64,000 nt of DNA from Hemiscyllium ocellatum (lineage: Eukaryota), in NCBI RefSeq assembly GCF_020745735.1, contig NC_083426.1, positions 34,472,001-34,536,000 of the forward strand, read 5' to 3'. The position numbers and the translations under genes were made by a program. This document shows positions 35,860-49,108 of this stretch, one piece after another (within the stretch, counting starts at the first letter, position 1; every line of letters starts with the position of its first letter). The notes beneath the pieces are model-generated. The model saw nothing but the letters and a program-made list of their open reading frames with translations, was not told the DNA's origin and did not search any database.

Positions 35860-36475
35860 TTAGCACTTATTTCAAGAGGTTGGAGTACAAGAGCAGATAG
35901 CTACTGCTCAGGCTGTATAAGGCTCTGGCCAGACTGCATTTGGAATACTGTGAACATGTTAGGGTCCCTGTATCTAAGGAAGGATGTGTTGGCCCTGGAA
36001 GGAGTCCAGACAGGGTTCAAAGGAATGATCCTGGGAATGAAGGGCTTGTTGTGTGAGGAGCAGTTGAGGACTCTGGGTCTGTACTCAAAGGAATTTATAA
36101 GAATTAGGAGGATTCTCATTGAAAATTACAGAATACTAACAAACCTGGACAGAGGGGACATGGAGGCAACGTTTCCACTAGTAGGAAGATTAGGACCTGA
36201 GGGTCCAGCCTTAAAATGAAGGGATGATCCTTTAGAACTGAGATGGGGAAGAATTTCTTCAGCCAGAGAGTGGTTATTTAATGAAGCACACTGCCACAGA
36301 AGCTTGTGGAGGCCTTGAGTGTATTAAAGACAGACACAGATTCTGATTTGTAAAGGGGAAGGTCAAGGATTCTGAATAGAAGGCAAGAGAATCAGGTTGA
36401 GGAACATGCCAGCCATGATCAAAGGGCAGATCAGGCTTACCGGGCTGAATAGTCTAATTCTACCATGGTCTTATG
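35860..36475 (+). mobile_element. CR1 LINE 3' fragment
   Basis: YLRKDVLALEGVQ..F..MI.GMKGL..EEQL..LGLYS.EF. Confidence 0.85.
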
Positions 36476-36813
36476 TCAGCTCCAAGGTCGGCTTACCTAA
36501 AAAAAAGTTAGTGTTCAAATCCAAATATTTTCATCCTCAAGAGATCAAATTATGGCCTAACTGTCTGGCCTGATCAGATAATAATATCTTTTGGCCCAAT
36601 TATGTCAATTGTTGAAGGCAAATTTACACCTTACCATCTGCAATTACTTTATGTGCATAATCCATTAGAATGAGTAATCTTTCATTCATTGGAAATGATA
36701 AGTTTCCTGAATGTGAGGATTTTAATCCTTACCTGGTGGCAGATACGTGAGACAAATTGGAAATTTTAACAATAATACAACGCACAATAACATACAAATT
36801 TGGGACCTTCTAC

Positions 36814-36935
36814 CTTATAAAAGCACGTGTGGTGTGTACTGGACTGAGAGGCGATTGAAGAGGTGATTGACTGCAGGCGTTTTCTTTACCAGAATGATTC
36901 TGTTTCCTGGCTACGCTGTTGTTGGCCTCCTTTTC
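36814..36935 (-). CDS. LAD1: Ladinin-1 coding exon (EKEANNSVARKQNHSGKENACSQSPLQSPLSPVHTTRAFI-S)
   Basis: Strong T-tract acceptor ttttttttacttttaagcag| (NAGNAG; alternative end 36938), donor AG|gtagaa. 122 nt, phase 0 to 2, fits both neighbouring exons. Confidence 0.75.
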
Positions 36936-37719
36936 CTGCTTAAAAGTAAAAAAAAACCCATGTAGAGAAATTTCAATTACCATTTCCAATTTATGAATCA
37001 TCTTTGTAACAAATTAGAAAATATTGTCACAGGGATTTTTTTTTGTACATTAGTACTTTAGGAAAAGTTCTGTTGAGTACATTATTACCAAGGAGTTGAA
37101 CTTTGAGGATTCTTCTTCCAGACTCCAAAGAAAATTCCAAGAGGACCTTCATATGGAATGGCTTGACAGCAGGCTGTACAGGCCTGGACAAACTGGCTCC
37201 CAACTTCACTATACTTGGGAAATTACACTCAGCATTGTGAGTTGCAGAACCTTTTGAAGGGTCAGGCTTGTTACACTGACAGTCATCATTGTCTCTACCC
37301 TACAAGCAATGCCTAGCAGACATGAACACAATATGCATTCTGCTGAAACAACAGTCACAGCATGAATTTGTCTTCTTAGGCAGACTACTGGGCTTTGGGG
37401 GTGGATCATTTGCTTGCAGTTCAAATTGGTTCTGAAAAGGCTGATAAATCTAATGCAGGGTCTGCAGATTCTACCCCATTTATGGTTGGTGGTGCAATAA
37501 GGGTTAGGTAAATGGGCTGTTGGGCTCATCTGTTACACCTTGCCTTCATCTCCAAGTACAGTACTGCAATTTTCTTGGAAGTTGGGTGTGAGGCATAGAA
37601 AAGTTATCTGCCATCCAGTAGTGTTGGCTTAGAGTGCTGTTGTACAGACACAAACGCATCATTTTGACAACATCACGGCATGATACAGGTGAGACATTTA
37701 ATTTGGTAGATCATGAAAT

Positions 37720-38040
37720 GGGGTGGCACGATGGCTCAGTGATTGGCATTGCTGCTAGGGATCCAGGTTTGAATTCAGCCTTCAATGACTGTGTGGGTTT
37801 CCTCCGGGTGCTCCGCTTTCCTCTCACAATCTAAAGATGTGCAGGTTAAGTGGATTGGCAATGCTAAAGTGCCCTGTTGTCTCAAGAGATGTGCAGGTTT
37901 GGTGGGTTAGCCTTAGGAAATGTGGGGTTACGGCGGGGGGAGGATGGGAGGCAGGGTCTGCGTAGGATGGATCTTCAAAGGGTTCATGCACACTTCATGG
38001 GCTAAATGGCCTTTCTGCATTGTAATGATTCTGTGATTCT
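37720..38040 (+). mobile_element. HE1-like SINE, degraded
   Basis: gggtggcacgatggctcagtg head, core, ATTCTGTGATTCT tail. Confidence 0.75.
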
Positions 38041-38774
38041 TGTAATTTACAGATAGTCATTGAGCAAGGCAGGAAAATATGAAAACTCTCTAGCCATTAT
38101 GATTTCTATTTCAACTTAATCTGTAATAATATGGATCACTACCTCTGTTCACATGGATTCGTATTAACTTTAATCAAACATTAACTCCAAAACCAAAATT
38201 CCACCCAGATAATCCCTGTTTTTGTCCTCTGAAGTGATTTATAAATTATTTTATTGTGGACCATCTAGTTTCACTTGTTTCCAAGTGTAGCAATCAATGG
38301 ATAATTAAACTAAATTTATGTGGGAGTATGATTTCTGATGAACAGGAGCCTTCAGTTGAGCACTAAACCACAAAAATGTCCTGCTATTTGCATCCACACT
38401 CAACATTATTATTTGCTTACTGGCTTTGTGGGAAATTGTCATAACTGGGTATTGTGTCCCTGGATCACCTATGGTGATCGAGCTTTTTAAAATTCCACCA
38501 TGTGCGTTTTTAAAAGAGAACTGATAAAACCAAAATAAACTGCAAATGAAAATTTTGTGGCTATCTGGAAAGTTACACCCGCAGGTCTCACAGCTGGAAA
38601 TGCAATAAAAATTGAGCTGTAATCCCAAAAATCTCAGTGTGACCACAATAGTTTACGAAAACACAATGGTCTTGGGAAGAGACAGTTTAGTATTTTCCAT
38701 TTTTCAGAATGGACAGATAAAAGCATGTTTCAACCATAGTCCATGTATGTTAGTGATCTGAAACCCTAATATGT

Positions 38775-39220
38775 GATCTAGGGTGCTGGAAGATCACCAC
38801 TTCATTTTCCGCTTGGGAACTCTAAAGCATTCTGGATTCAACATAGACTTCAACAATTCTAGGGCTTGAGGTATCTTCTCCCATTTCCTTATCTCAATCC
38901 CTACACACCAGGCTTTGTTACCACATGGTCTGTGATTACACACAATCCATTCTTAGCCACTAGCGTGCCCAGTAGCATCTATTCATCTTCCCAGGCTGAT
39001 TGTGATCCACTCCTTTGTCTGACAAACTGGTTCTCTCCCTCTCTGAACTCTACTTCCACCTAACATTTACTCCTAACCCCTCACTCCAGCCTATTTTCAG
39101 CATAGAGAAACAACTTATTTTTAGCTACCATCCGTTCCGAAGGAGGGTTACCGGACCCGAAACATTAACTCTGATTTCTCTCCACAACTGCTGAGCTTTT
39201 CCAGCAATTTCTGCTTTTGT
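38775..39220 (+). mobile_element. Old Penelope-like 3' fragment (family B-related)
   Basis: cacttcattttccgcttgggaactcta...ggattcaacat resembles IFRLGTL..G.N; decayed hammerhead ccgaaggagggttaccggacccgaaacatt at ~39136-39166. Confidence 0.6.
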
Positions 39221-39243
39221 GTGTATGTTGATATTGTGAAGAT

Positions 39244-39393
39244 TCTGAATTAGAATGGTGCTGGAAAAGCACAGCAGTTCAGGCAGCATCTGGGGAGCAG
39301 GGAAATCGATGTTTCGGGAAAAAGCCCTTCATCAGGAAAGATGCAGAGTGCCTGAAGGATGGAAAGGTAAATCTTTTTGCCTAGCTTTTACCC
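39244..39393 (-). mobile_element. Short PLE family B insertion, hammerhead region only
   Basis: Exact 15-bp TSD TGATATTGTGAAGAT at 39229-39243 and 39394-39408; minus-strand CTGATGAAGGGCTTTTTCCCGAAACATC. Confidence 0.8.
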
Positions 39394-39863
39394 TGATATT
39401 GTGAAGATCACTGTGCAGCCATTTAACAACCATCCATTGCAGGTAAAGAAAGGGAAATGTTTTCTCTCTCATTCTGAGTGCTGTCAGACAGGCACAATCA
39501 AAAGAAGCTTGAACAAAAAAAAGTAACAGCCATAAATCTCAAAACTGACTACAAATGCCAATGCTATTGGTAACACATCCACTCTTCATGAATGACTCAG
39601 AGATTGCACCATGTATTTATTCATTTTTATCTGTTTTTGAAAGTCACCTCAATTCTAATTCATCTGCATGATATTGCATTATTTTTTTCTCACATTTAAT
39701 AACTAATAAAGTTACAGTTTGCTCAAGCTAAACTGACTCCTTTTAAAACAAACTCATTTGATCTGGGAGAAAGGTATCCATAGTATAGGATCCTTTGCAA
39801 ATTGACCATGTCACCTCCAAGCAAGAAGACAGGTTAGTCATAGAAGAATGGAGTCAGAGCAAT

Positions 39864-40200
39864 CAGTCACAGAATCCCTACAACGAACAAGGAGGCCATG
39901 TGGCCCAATGAGTCCACACTGAACCTCTGAAGCGTTTCCATCCAGGTCCACTCCACTACTCAATCCCTGTAACTCTGCATTTGCCATGGCTAAGCCTCTA
40001 GCTTACATATCCCTGGATACTATAGGCAATTAAGCATGACTAATCCACTTAATGTACACATCTTTGGGCTGTGGAAAGAAACCCATGCAGACATGGGGAG
40101 AATGTGAAAACTCTACACGGACTATCACCAAAGGCTGGATTTGAATCCAGATCCCTGATGCTGAGACAGCAATGCCAACCACTGTGCCACCATGCCACCC
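39864..40200 (-). mobile_element. HE1-like SINE, degraded
   Basis: Reverse SINE core and head (ccactgtgccaccatgccaccc). Confidence 0.75.
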
Positions 40201-42409
40201 CCAAAGGTGAATAAAGAAGGATAGCCAGTTAGTCCCTCCTCACCCAGGGGCTTGACAATTTGGGGTATCCCATCTGGAAGTGTAATAGCTTGGTAGCCTC
40301 ACCAGGGTCTGGTTGTAATAGAAAAAAATACAGAAAGTCATAATATATTTCTATTTGAATTTCAACCCTTTATAGATAAACAAAGCAGCAGTTTGTGATT
40401 TTTCACAATTTAGGAAATTATCATTCCACTATGAATATTATTAACAAAGGAAAGCTTCAAATGCTGGATTCTGAAGTGAAAATAGGAGGCTCTAGAAATC
40501 AGATGAACATTCATAAAAGGGACAAAATAGTAGGACTATGGATAAAGAATTGGTAAATAATTCCAATTAGACAATTATCTTCAGAAGCTAACACAGATAT
40601 GATGGGCCAAAGGGCCTCTTTCTATACTCAATATTGCTATGAAATACACAACATATCACTCATTAGCAAAAGACAAAAAAAAATAACATTTTGGGTGCAT
40701 ACCCTTCATTTAAAACACTCATTATGATTCTGACCACAATAGCAAATATTTAGTGTACCATGATTAAGCAAAAGAGACCTTTTGTGATAATTGCCATTTG
40801 GCAGAAAACTTAAAAACAAAATTTCAGGAGCCAAAAGTCCAACAGCTTGATAACTGACAAAGGATTTAACTGAAAACATAATGAGGGTGTGGCACAGAAC
40901 ATATGCTGATACTGCAGACAGTTCTGTCTAGTTTCATTTTTGCTCTCCCAAACAATTACTTGTTTTTCAATGGAGGTGGTCTCTGCATTGGTGTGAACAT
41001 TAGTTTATCACAGGATTATCTTTACTATGGGACCAGATCACAAATATTTTCCCACCATTCCACAAACCACAGGACAATAAGTCAGGGAGAGCATACCCCT
41101 CAATTACAAAATAAACTGAATCCGTAAGAAAGTTAAAGTAAAATTCAATTAAAAGAAACATTGGCCCTGACATTTACATGCAGGTGTGAGGATGGGAGGG
41201 CAAGATGAAAACAGGCAATGGATCTGACAAGATGGAGGTCCTGATACTGTTACCGACTGAGGTCCCTATCCGAACTGCCCAGAAGTCAAGTTGACTGGCT
41301 GTGTAGCCAGGGGCTTAAAGTGAAGCTAAGCTGTGGTAGGAAGCCATGGTCAGAGATGTTGGGAGTTATTGCTAGTTGGGAATAAAAGCAAGTGAATTCC
41401 TGGCAGGTTGTGATGGGAGAATAGAGGGGCAGTGGACAGCGGAGAGAAGGGCAGAGTGCTCTTGCTCCTCACAAAAACAGTGGAGTCATTAGGTGCCATC
41501 TTTATCACCTGCTTTCCTGACTAAGGAAACCCTTGTATCTGTGATGAATTTGAAATCATCTCCCATTTCCATTGCAGGAGCTCAATCTAAACTGATGCTA
41601 ATTAAGTTTCCCATGACTCCACTACGGGACAGTCAGACACTCTAATATCCTCAGCCAGGTGGGTGCAATATGTTAGGGATATGTTCATTATAGATAAATC
41701 TTTAATGCTCACTACACCCAACCTCATCCATTCCTTGGGTGGGGGTGGCAGGGATACTGGAGTGAGCATGGTTAATGCTAATGTTATCAGGTATTGTTAT
41801 TTCTGTATAACATTATAGTTTTGGGCTCCAACACATTTCTCTTTTTTTGCCCTCTATTTAAGATGCTCAGCATGGCTTTACAGGTTCTGGCTGGCACTGG
41901 CAAATGAATAAAATAGGCATTCCTCATGTTATCATCTGTTGTCCAATTTATTTGCTCAAGGACCACTAAACCTTCTCTCTAGCCCTTACAACATGGTGAC
42001 AAGCAGTTATTTATTTCTGCCAGTTATTATCAGAAAACACAAAAATAACATTCACTTTATCTTACAGAATTACTCAATAAAAATTGAACACCACCCTAAA
42101 AGCATATTAACTCAACCTTCCGTTAGTGACCTTAAGGACACCAAACCTGTGAATACAACATATCTGTGACCTCAAAGATATTTTTAAATTATCTGGAACC
42201 TATATATTTTCTGTTTGCCAATTCAGATTTTTAAAAAATTGATGGATAATAATCTTGACATTTTTATTACCAGTTAAAGCATTGAAAGCACATTTAAAGA
42301 CAAGTTAAGGGTGTCAGAAAACATTGTCACTTAATTTGACCAGTGCTGTATGAAGCTCTATTTTCTTTACAAACTACACTCTCATCAAAACAAAAGGGAC
42401 TTGAAGTGG

Positions 42410-42707
42410 GGGGTCACGGTGGCTCAGTGGTTAGCATTGCTGCCTCACAGCACCAGGGACCGAGTTCAATTCCAACCTCAGGCAACTGTCTGTGTGGAAT
42501 TTGCACATTCTCCCTGTGTCTGCGTGGGTTTACTCCGGGTGCTCTGGTTTCCTCCCACAGTCCAAAGATGTGCAGGTCAGGTGAATTGGCAATGCTAGAT
42601 TGCCCGTAGTGTTAGGTGAAGGGATAAATGTAGGGGAATGGGTCTGAGTGGGGTAGTCTTTGGAGGGTCAGTGTGGACTTGTTTTCCACACTGTAGGAAT
42701 CTAATCT
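42410..42707 (+). mobile_element. HE1-like SINE
   Basis: gggtcacggtggctcagtggttagc head; ATCTAATCT tail. Confidence 0.88.
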
Positions 42708-43303
42708 TAAAAAAAATCAAACAAAATATAGGAAGTGTTAAATAACCAAAATTAAACATGCTGATGCCTAGATTTTGAAATGGGTGAGACACCAACTTTT
42801 TCTGTTGAGAAAGGATGAAAGAATTGCCTCACACAAGCTATCATTAACCAGGTGAGCTATGTTCCCTCAGCTCAGTCCAAAATTAACAAGCCTGAATTAC
42901 CATGAGGACAAACTATACACAGAAGATACATACCCTGTATTATATTCAGGCAACTGTTTGGTGAATATGTGTTTAATGTGATTGGTATCAGCTGCAAATA
43001 GCCATTACTGACAAGGATTCTGCTTCTGTCATTTTCTGTTCCTCTAGATTTATTATTTTCATTCTTTCATTGTTTTCTAAACACCCCCTTTTTTTTGGCA
43101 TCGTCATCCCTATTAAAAGCAGCACCACAGGGCCTGGTTTTGTGCTTCAAATCATTAATAAAATATATTCTGACATATTGACTGTTTGGTCTGTTACAAT
43201 TGTAAGCCTTACAAGATTATGTTTTAGAACTGTAAAGATTTGTTTATAAGAGTTATAGATAAGGACCCAACATTCACACTTAGGGTTAACGTGATATGTG
43301 CTG

Positions 43304-43510
43304 GAGTCAGGAGTGTGGTGCTGGAAAAGCACAGCAGGTCAGGCAACCTCCGACGAACAGGAAAATCGATGTTTCGGCCAAAAGCCCTGATGAAGGGCTT
43401 TTCCTGAAATGTCGATTTTTCTGCTCCTCAGATGCTGCCTGACCTGCTGTGCTTTTCCAGCAGAACACTCTTAACTCTAATATCCAGCATCTGCAGTACT
43501 CACTTTCACC
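43304..43510. mobile_element. Non-coding fold-back mini-element of PLE family B
   Basis: ~207 bp hairpin folding inside the hammerhead (aaaagccc-tgatgaa-gggctttt). 12-bp TSD TGATATGTGCTG at 43292-43303 and 43511-43522. Confidence 0.85.
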
Positions 43511-43979
43511 TGATATGTGCTGAAGTCTGCTTGACAACAAGCCTGGGTGGTTTAATTGCTGCAGATCAGAAAAGACAAAATCTAAGAGGGAGGAGCAAGC
43601 TATTGACATGTGGGGACAGTAATAGTAATAGTGATAGTATTTTGTCAATATATAATGGGTAGACTGTGTATCTCCCCAAGTTCTAAAATGGTGGCAGTGA
43701 TAGCAAGCTATCAGTAAAGGAAATCTATCCCATTGTTTCTAAATGAAAGGTAGCTTGATCAAAGATAATGAATAAGTACCTCAAGTTAGGTACAAAGCAA
43801 ATGAATTTCCTATTACCATGGCAAAAAACATGTGGGACTGTTTTTGCAGCAAATTTGATCAAAGGGGTCAGAGTTATTGAGTTTGAGTTGGAGGTATGAA
43901 TATTGCAATGCATAAGGAAGGTGGAAAGTAAGCTGGACATCTTGATCCAGGAGGCAGTTGCATGCCTCAAAATAGACAC

Positions 43980-44620
43980 TAGTTTAGATATCAGAGACAG
44001 GACAATGTGATTGTAACTCAAACATGTAAGGCAATGGAAGAACCTCAATCATCACAAAAGGGGTTGGAAAGTTTGAACATAGTATTATGTTACAAGATGG
44101 GAGTCATACAGAGGAATCAGAAAGGAATATGGTAATAGTAGGAGATTAAATAGGGAGGGGGTTGGAAAATGCCATCCGCAGTCACAACTGGGAGCCCTAA
44201 AAATCTAGTGCCAGAGTGAAAGGCTTTTCCCCTGGCTAAAGAGGAACCTGAAGGAGGAGCAGAAGTGTGATTCAGTTGTCCCTGCAGGAAAAATATGGTA
44301 ACAACGGTCACATCTGAGAAAGTAGCACAAGTTTAAAATTAAGGGTGCTATATTTGAATGCAAAAAGCATTCATAATCAGCTTGATGAATTAATGGCACA
44401 AATAGGGATACATAAGTTTGATTTAATGGACATTACTGAGGTATGCTAACAAGTTCAACATAGTTGAGAACTACTGGGTGCTTGACCTGTACAAAGATAG
44501 GCAAGTAGAAAAGAAGGTGGATTACTCCTAATAATAATCTATGATACATACACAGTCAGGGGAAAGAACTTTACCTGGCAAATCATGATGCAGATCTGGT
44601 AAGGAATAGCAAAAGGAAAC
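43980..44620 (+). mobile_element. CR1 LINE relic, start of the APE endonuclease domain
   Basis: tatttgaatgcaaaaagcattcataatcagcttgatgaatta = YLNAKSIHNQLDEL, followed by an ITE motif. Confidence 0.6.
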
Positions 44621-45007
44621 ATTGAAGTAGTGGTTACAATTATAAGAATCAGAAGACAATCATCTTTTGGGAATTTAGCTCTTAGGGTAAATGAAGAGCA
44701 GTATCATGTGACCTATTCTTCATATACACTAGGCTTGTCAGGAAGCCTGGGTGATTTAGTTATGACAGATCAAAGGAAGACTTGGATTGTTTTACATAGA
44801 AGTAGTGTATGTACACTTGGAGATAAGAATGGCAGTCTCTGAGTTTGCAATGTGTATACTCTGAGCCTTTCAAAGTCCTAAAATTATGTTGAAGGTTTCA
44901 GGCAGTAAACAGCTACGCTATAAGCTTTCCATTTACTTTTACAGTTTAAAAGGAATTGAGGTCAAGGACAGGTATTCAGCATTTCTACCCAGATTTTGAT
45001 TCGCATT

Positions 45008-45300
45008 GATTAGCTTAGATTCCCTACAGTATGGAAATAGGCCAATTGGCCCAACAAGTCCACACTGACCCTCTGAAGAGCAACCCATCCAGACCCATTC
45101 CCCTGACTAATGCCCTAACACTATGGGCTATTTAGCACGGCCAATTCACTTGACCTGCATATCTTTGGATTGTGGGAGGAAACCCGAGCACCTGGAGGAA
45201 GCCCACGCAGAGAACATGCGAACTTCACAGACAGTCACCCGAGACGGGAATCAAACCCGCTATGAGGCAGCAGTGCTAATCACTGAGTCACTGTACTGCC
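45008..45300 (-). mobile_element. HE1-like SINE
   Basis: Reverse SINE core. Confidence 0.8.
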
Positions 45301-45924
45301 CCTCATTGCCATGAGGAAAGTGGAAGCCATTTTTGATATCGGATTACCTGCTTCTCTATGAATGAATGAATATCACAGACAGCTAGCAGGTTCTCTGTGG
45401 TTAGCAGGTATAAGAGGCTGCTTGGATTTGCAAACTAGCACAATGGACAATGGAGGGATATGGTTTCTTGTCAAAGAGAGCCACCCTGCTGTCACCTGGG
45501 AGATTCATCCTGGCACAACAAGGAAAGAAGACCCTTCAGAGCAGGCATTCCTGCTGATTGTAGATTTAAGAAATTCTTCAACAACTGAGGAAAGCACCCA
45601 GAAATGATCACTTAAAGTTACTATTTGGTGAAAGTGAAATTTGGATGATGGGATCAACTGTGGACTATTTGCTATAGCACTGTGCTTCTTAAATTTTGCT
45701 AAAAAGGGATATGAATTTAATGCTTTTAACACTCATCAGAACTAAAATACAAAAAGCTAGCTTAGAAAGAAAACAATTTATACAGCATGAGAAGGTGCAT
45801 TTTGGTTGGATTATGGTTAGACTATGGTTGCAGGAACTGTTAACTGTCATTGTGAACTATTTAAATTTGAACCAGGCAAGTTGATTCTGATTGGTCAGGG
45901 GATTATCATTGGAATGCAGCAATA

Positions 45925-46260
45925 AATCATAGAATCCCTACAGTGTGGAAACAGGCCATTTGGCCCAATAAGTCCACACCGACCCTCTGAAGAGTATCCC
46001 ACCCAGACCAATTCCCCTACTCTATTACTTTACATTTCCCCTAATGAAATCACTTAACACACGTAACCCTGAACATTATGAGCAATTTAGCATGGTCAAT
46101 TCACCTAACCCACAGATCTTTGGATTGTGGGAGGAAACCGGAGCACCTGGAGGAAATCCACGTAGACACGGGGAGAATGTGCAAACTCCACACAGACAGT
46201 TACCCAAGGCATAGAACCCGCATCTCTGATGCTGTGCGGCAGCAGTGCTAACCACTGAGT
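45925..46260 (-). mobile_element. HE1-like SINE
   Basis: Reverse SINE core and head. Confidence 0.85.
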
Positions 46261-46627
46261 AATTGACTATCTCTATTGCAATGTTTTAAACTGAGGAATG
46301 TGAGACACTACCTTTGCCAATAAAATGTAGGACCCTGCTCGAGAATAATGGAGCTTCCAAAATGTACACTTGAACGGCACTCTGAGCTTGACTGATAAGC
46401 TCAAAATAGTTGGTCAAGTTGGTTCTGTACACTGGACAGCTGAAGAGTTGAGTTGTTTGACACTGACCGCTGGTCATTAGGGCATATGGCCTTACATACC
46501 TGACATCACACCAGGGTGTAACTAACAGAGTAGATGACGGAGATTTTGAGAAGGCATTTGATAAACCATCGCTAATAGATTTACATAAAATTTGGACTCA
46601 TGGAACTGAGGTAATATATTACAAGTA

Positions 46628-48290
46628 AAAAGTGAGGTCTGCAGATGCTGGAGATCAGAGCTGAAAATGTGTTGCTGGTTAAAGCGCAGCAGGTCAGGCA
46701 GCATCCAAGGAGCAGGAAATTCGACGTTTCGGGCATAAGCCCTTCATCAGGAATGAGGAGAGTGTGTCCAGCAGGCTAAGATAAAAGGTAGAGAGGAGGG
46801 ACTTGGGGGAGGGGCGATGGAGATGTGATAGGTGGAAGGAGGTCAAGGTGAGGGTGATAGGCTGGAGTGGGGTGGGGGCGGAGAGGGCAGGAAGAAAATT
46901 GCAGGTGAGGAGGGCGGTGCTGAGTTCAAGGGAATCGACTGAGACAAGGTGGGGGGAGGGGAAATGGGGAAACTGGAGAAATCTGAGTTCACCCCTGTTG
47001 TTGGAGGGTTCCCAGGCGGAAGATGAGGCGCTCTTCCTCCAACCGTCGTGTTGTTATGTTCTGGCAATGGAGGAGTCCAAGGACCTGCATGTCCTTGGTG
47101 GAGTGGGAGGGAGAGTTAAAGTGTTGAGCCACGGGGTGGTTGGGTTGGTTGGTCCGGGCGTCCCAGAGGTCTTCCCTGAAGCCTTCCGCAAGTAGGTGGC
47201 CCGTCTCCCCAATATAGAGGAGGCCGCATCGGGTGCAGCGGATGCAATAGATGATGTGTGTGGAGGTGCAGGTGAATTTGTGGCGGACATGGAAGGATCC
47301 CTTGGGGCCTTGGAGAGAGGTAAGGGAGGAGGTGTGGGCGCAAGTTTTGCATTTCCTGCAGTTGCAGGGGAAGGTGCCGGGAGTGGAGGTTGGGTTGGTG
47401 GGGGGTGTGGACCTGACGAGGGAGTCACGAAGGGAGTGGTCTTTGCAGAACGCTGATAGGGGAGGGGAGGGAAATATATCCCTGGTGGTGGGGTCCGTTT
47501 GGAGGTGGCGGAAATGACGGTGGATGATACGCTGTATACGGAGGTTGGTGGGATGGTAGGTGAGAACCAGTGGGGTTCTGTCCTGGTGGCGGTTGGAGGG
47601 GCGGGGCTCGAGGGCAGAGGTGCGGGAAGTGGAGGAGATGCAGTGGAGGGCATCGTCGATCACGTCTGGGGGGAATCTGTGGTCTTTGTAGAAGGAGGCC
47701 ATCTGGGCTGTACGGTATTGAACTGGTCCTCCTGGGAGCAGATGCAGCGGAGACGAAGGAATTGGGAATATGGGATGGCATTTTTACAGGGGGCAGGCTG
47801 GGAGGAGGTGTAGTCCAGATAGCTGTGGGAGTCACTCGGTTTATAGTAGATGTCTGTGTTGATTCGGTCACCCAAGATAGAAATGGAAAGGTCTAGGAAG
47901 GGGAGGGAGGAGTCTGAGACAGTCCAGGTGAATTTGAGGTCGGGATGGAAGGTGTTGGTAAAGTTGATGAACTGTTCAACCTCCTCGTTGGAGCACGAGG
48001 CAGTGCCGATACAGTCATCGATGTAGCGGAGGAAAATGTGGGGGGTGGTGCCAGTGTAGTTGCGGAAGATGGACTGTTCCACATATTCTACGAAGAGACA
48101 GGCATAGCTGGGGCCCATGCGGGTGCCCATGGCAACTCCTTTAGTTTGGAGGAAGTGGGAGGATTGGAAAGAGAAGTTGTTCAGGGTGAGGACCAGTTCA
48201 GTCAGTTTTTAGGAGGGTGTCAGTGGAAGGGTACTGGTTGGTACGTCGGGAAAGGAAGAAGCGGAGGGCTTTGAGTCCCTCGTGATGGGG
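46628..48290 (-). mobile_element. Penelope-like element family B, longest copy: RT C-terminal half, GIY-YIG endonuclease and pLTR
   Basis: GVAMGTRMGPSYACLF, FLRYIDD (RT active site), LPFLD, YYKP.DSHSYLDY.S, then C..CKTC, IIYCIRC..CGLLYIGETG, EERLIFRLGTLQ. One frameshift between the two ORFs. Confidence 0.95.
46720..46753 (-). ncRNA. Minimal hammerhead ribozyme (family B), sense to the LAD1 pre-mRNA, with no fold-back partner
   Basis: TTC-CTGATGA-A-GGGC-TTAT-GCCC-GAAACGTC-GAA, fully canonical. Confidence 0.82.
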
Positions 48291-48887
48291 GAGTTTTTGT
48301 TATCCAGTAAATGCCATGAGCTCAAGCTGGTAAATTAAAAGCGATAATTTGTCAAAGGATCATACAGCGATCATTCTGCTTTCTTAGGTTTAGCAGTGAC
48401 CATTATTTCTAATATGTGATCAAAGCATTAATCTTAATTGGTTCTGAATACACGGACATATAACTGCTTTCATCTTTGTGATGCCTTCTGTCAATGATCA
48501 GGTAAGAGTTAGCATTGGGCAATTTCCCAGTAACTGAAATACATTTGTACTGGGGTGGATTGTCTAAGTGGGGTGGGCATGTTGGTTGGTGGAGTATTAT
48601 GGTTTGTGAGGTACCACATGACACTAATTTTTCTGTACCATGCTTTGAGAGTTGGAGCATGGACCGAAAACAGAGTAGGAATAGAATGTTTTTAAGATGG
48701 CACTGTTTAACTTGTGCTGGGAGGGTGAGGGTGTTGGCAATAAGGATCATGCAATATTTGCATGTTTTCTGATGATATAAAACTAATTGGAAAACTGAGC
48801 TGCGAATAGGATCCAAACAGGCTACAAAGAGGTATAGACAATTTAAATAATTGGTGAAGAAGGTTACAAATGGTGTAGATAATTTAA

Positions 48888-49108
48888 TGATGTGGAGGTG
48901 CCGGTGTTGGACTGGGTTGGACAAGGTCAAAAATCATACAACACCAGGTTATGGTCCAATGAGTTTATTTGAAAACACTAGCTTTCAGAGCATTGCTCCT
49001 TCATCAGATGCTGGTGAAGTAGCACCTGATGAAGGAGCAGCGCTCCAAAAGCTAATGTTTTCAAATAAACCCGTTGGACCATAATCTGGTGTTGTGTGAA
49101 TTTTGACT
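48888..49108. mobile_element. Non-coding fold-back mini-element of PLE family C
   Basis: Inverted arms of ~85 bp folding just upstream of the hammerhead (cttcatcagatgct-ggtgaagt-agcacctgatgaagg); tail on the left arm only. Confidence 0.85.

Noticed and set aside
46610-48320. TSD around the longest PLE, and around the hairpins at 9278, 48888 and 63040
   Set aside because: Only short or mismatched similarities were found, not enough to claim a TSD.
48409-48930. 173-aa minus-strand ORF
   Set aside because: Starts inside a PLE tail, has no recognisable motif, and has no supporting splice context; likely chance.
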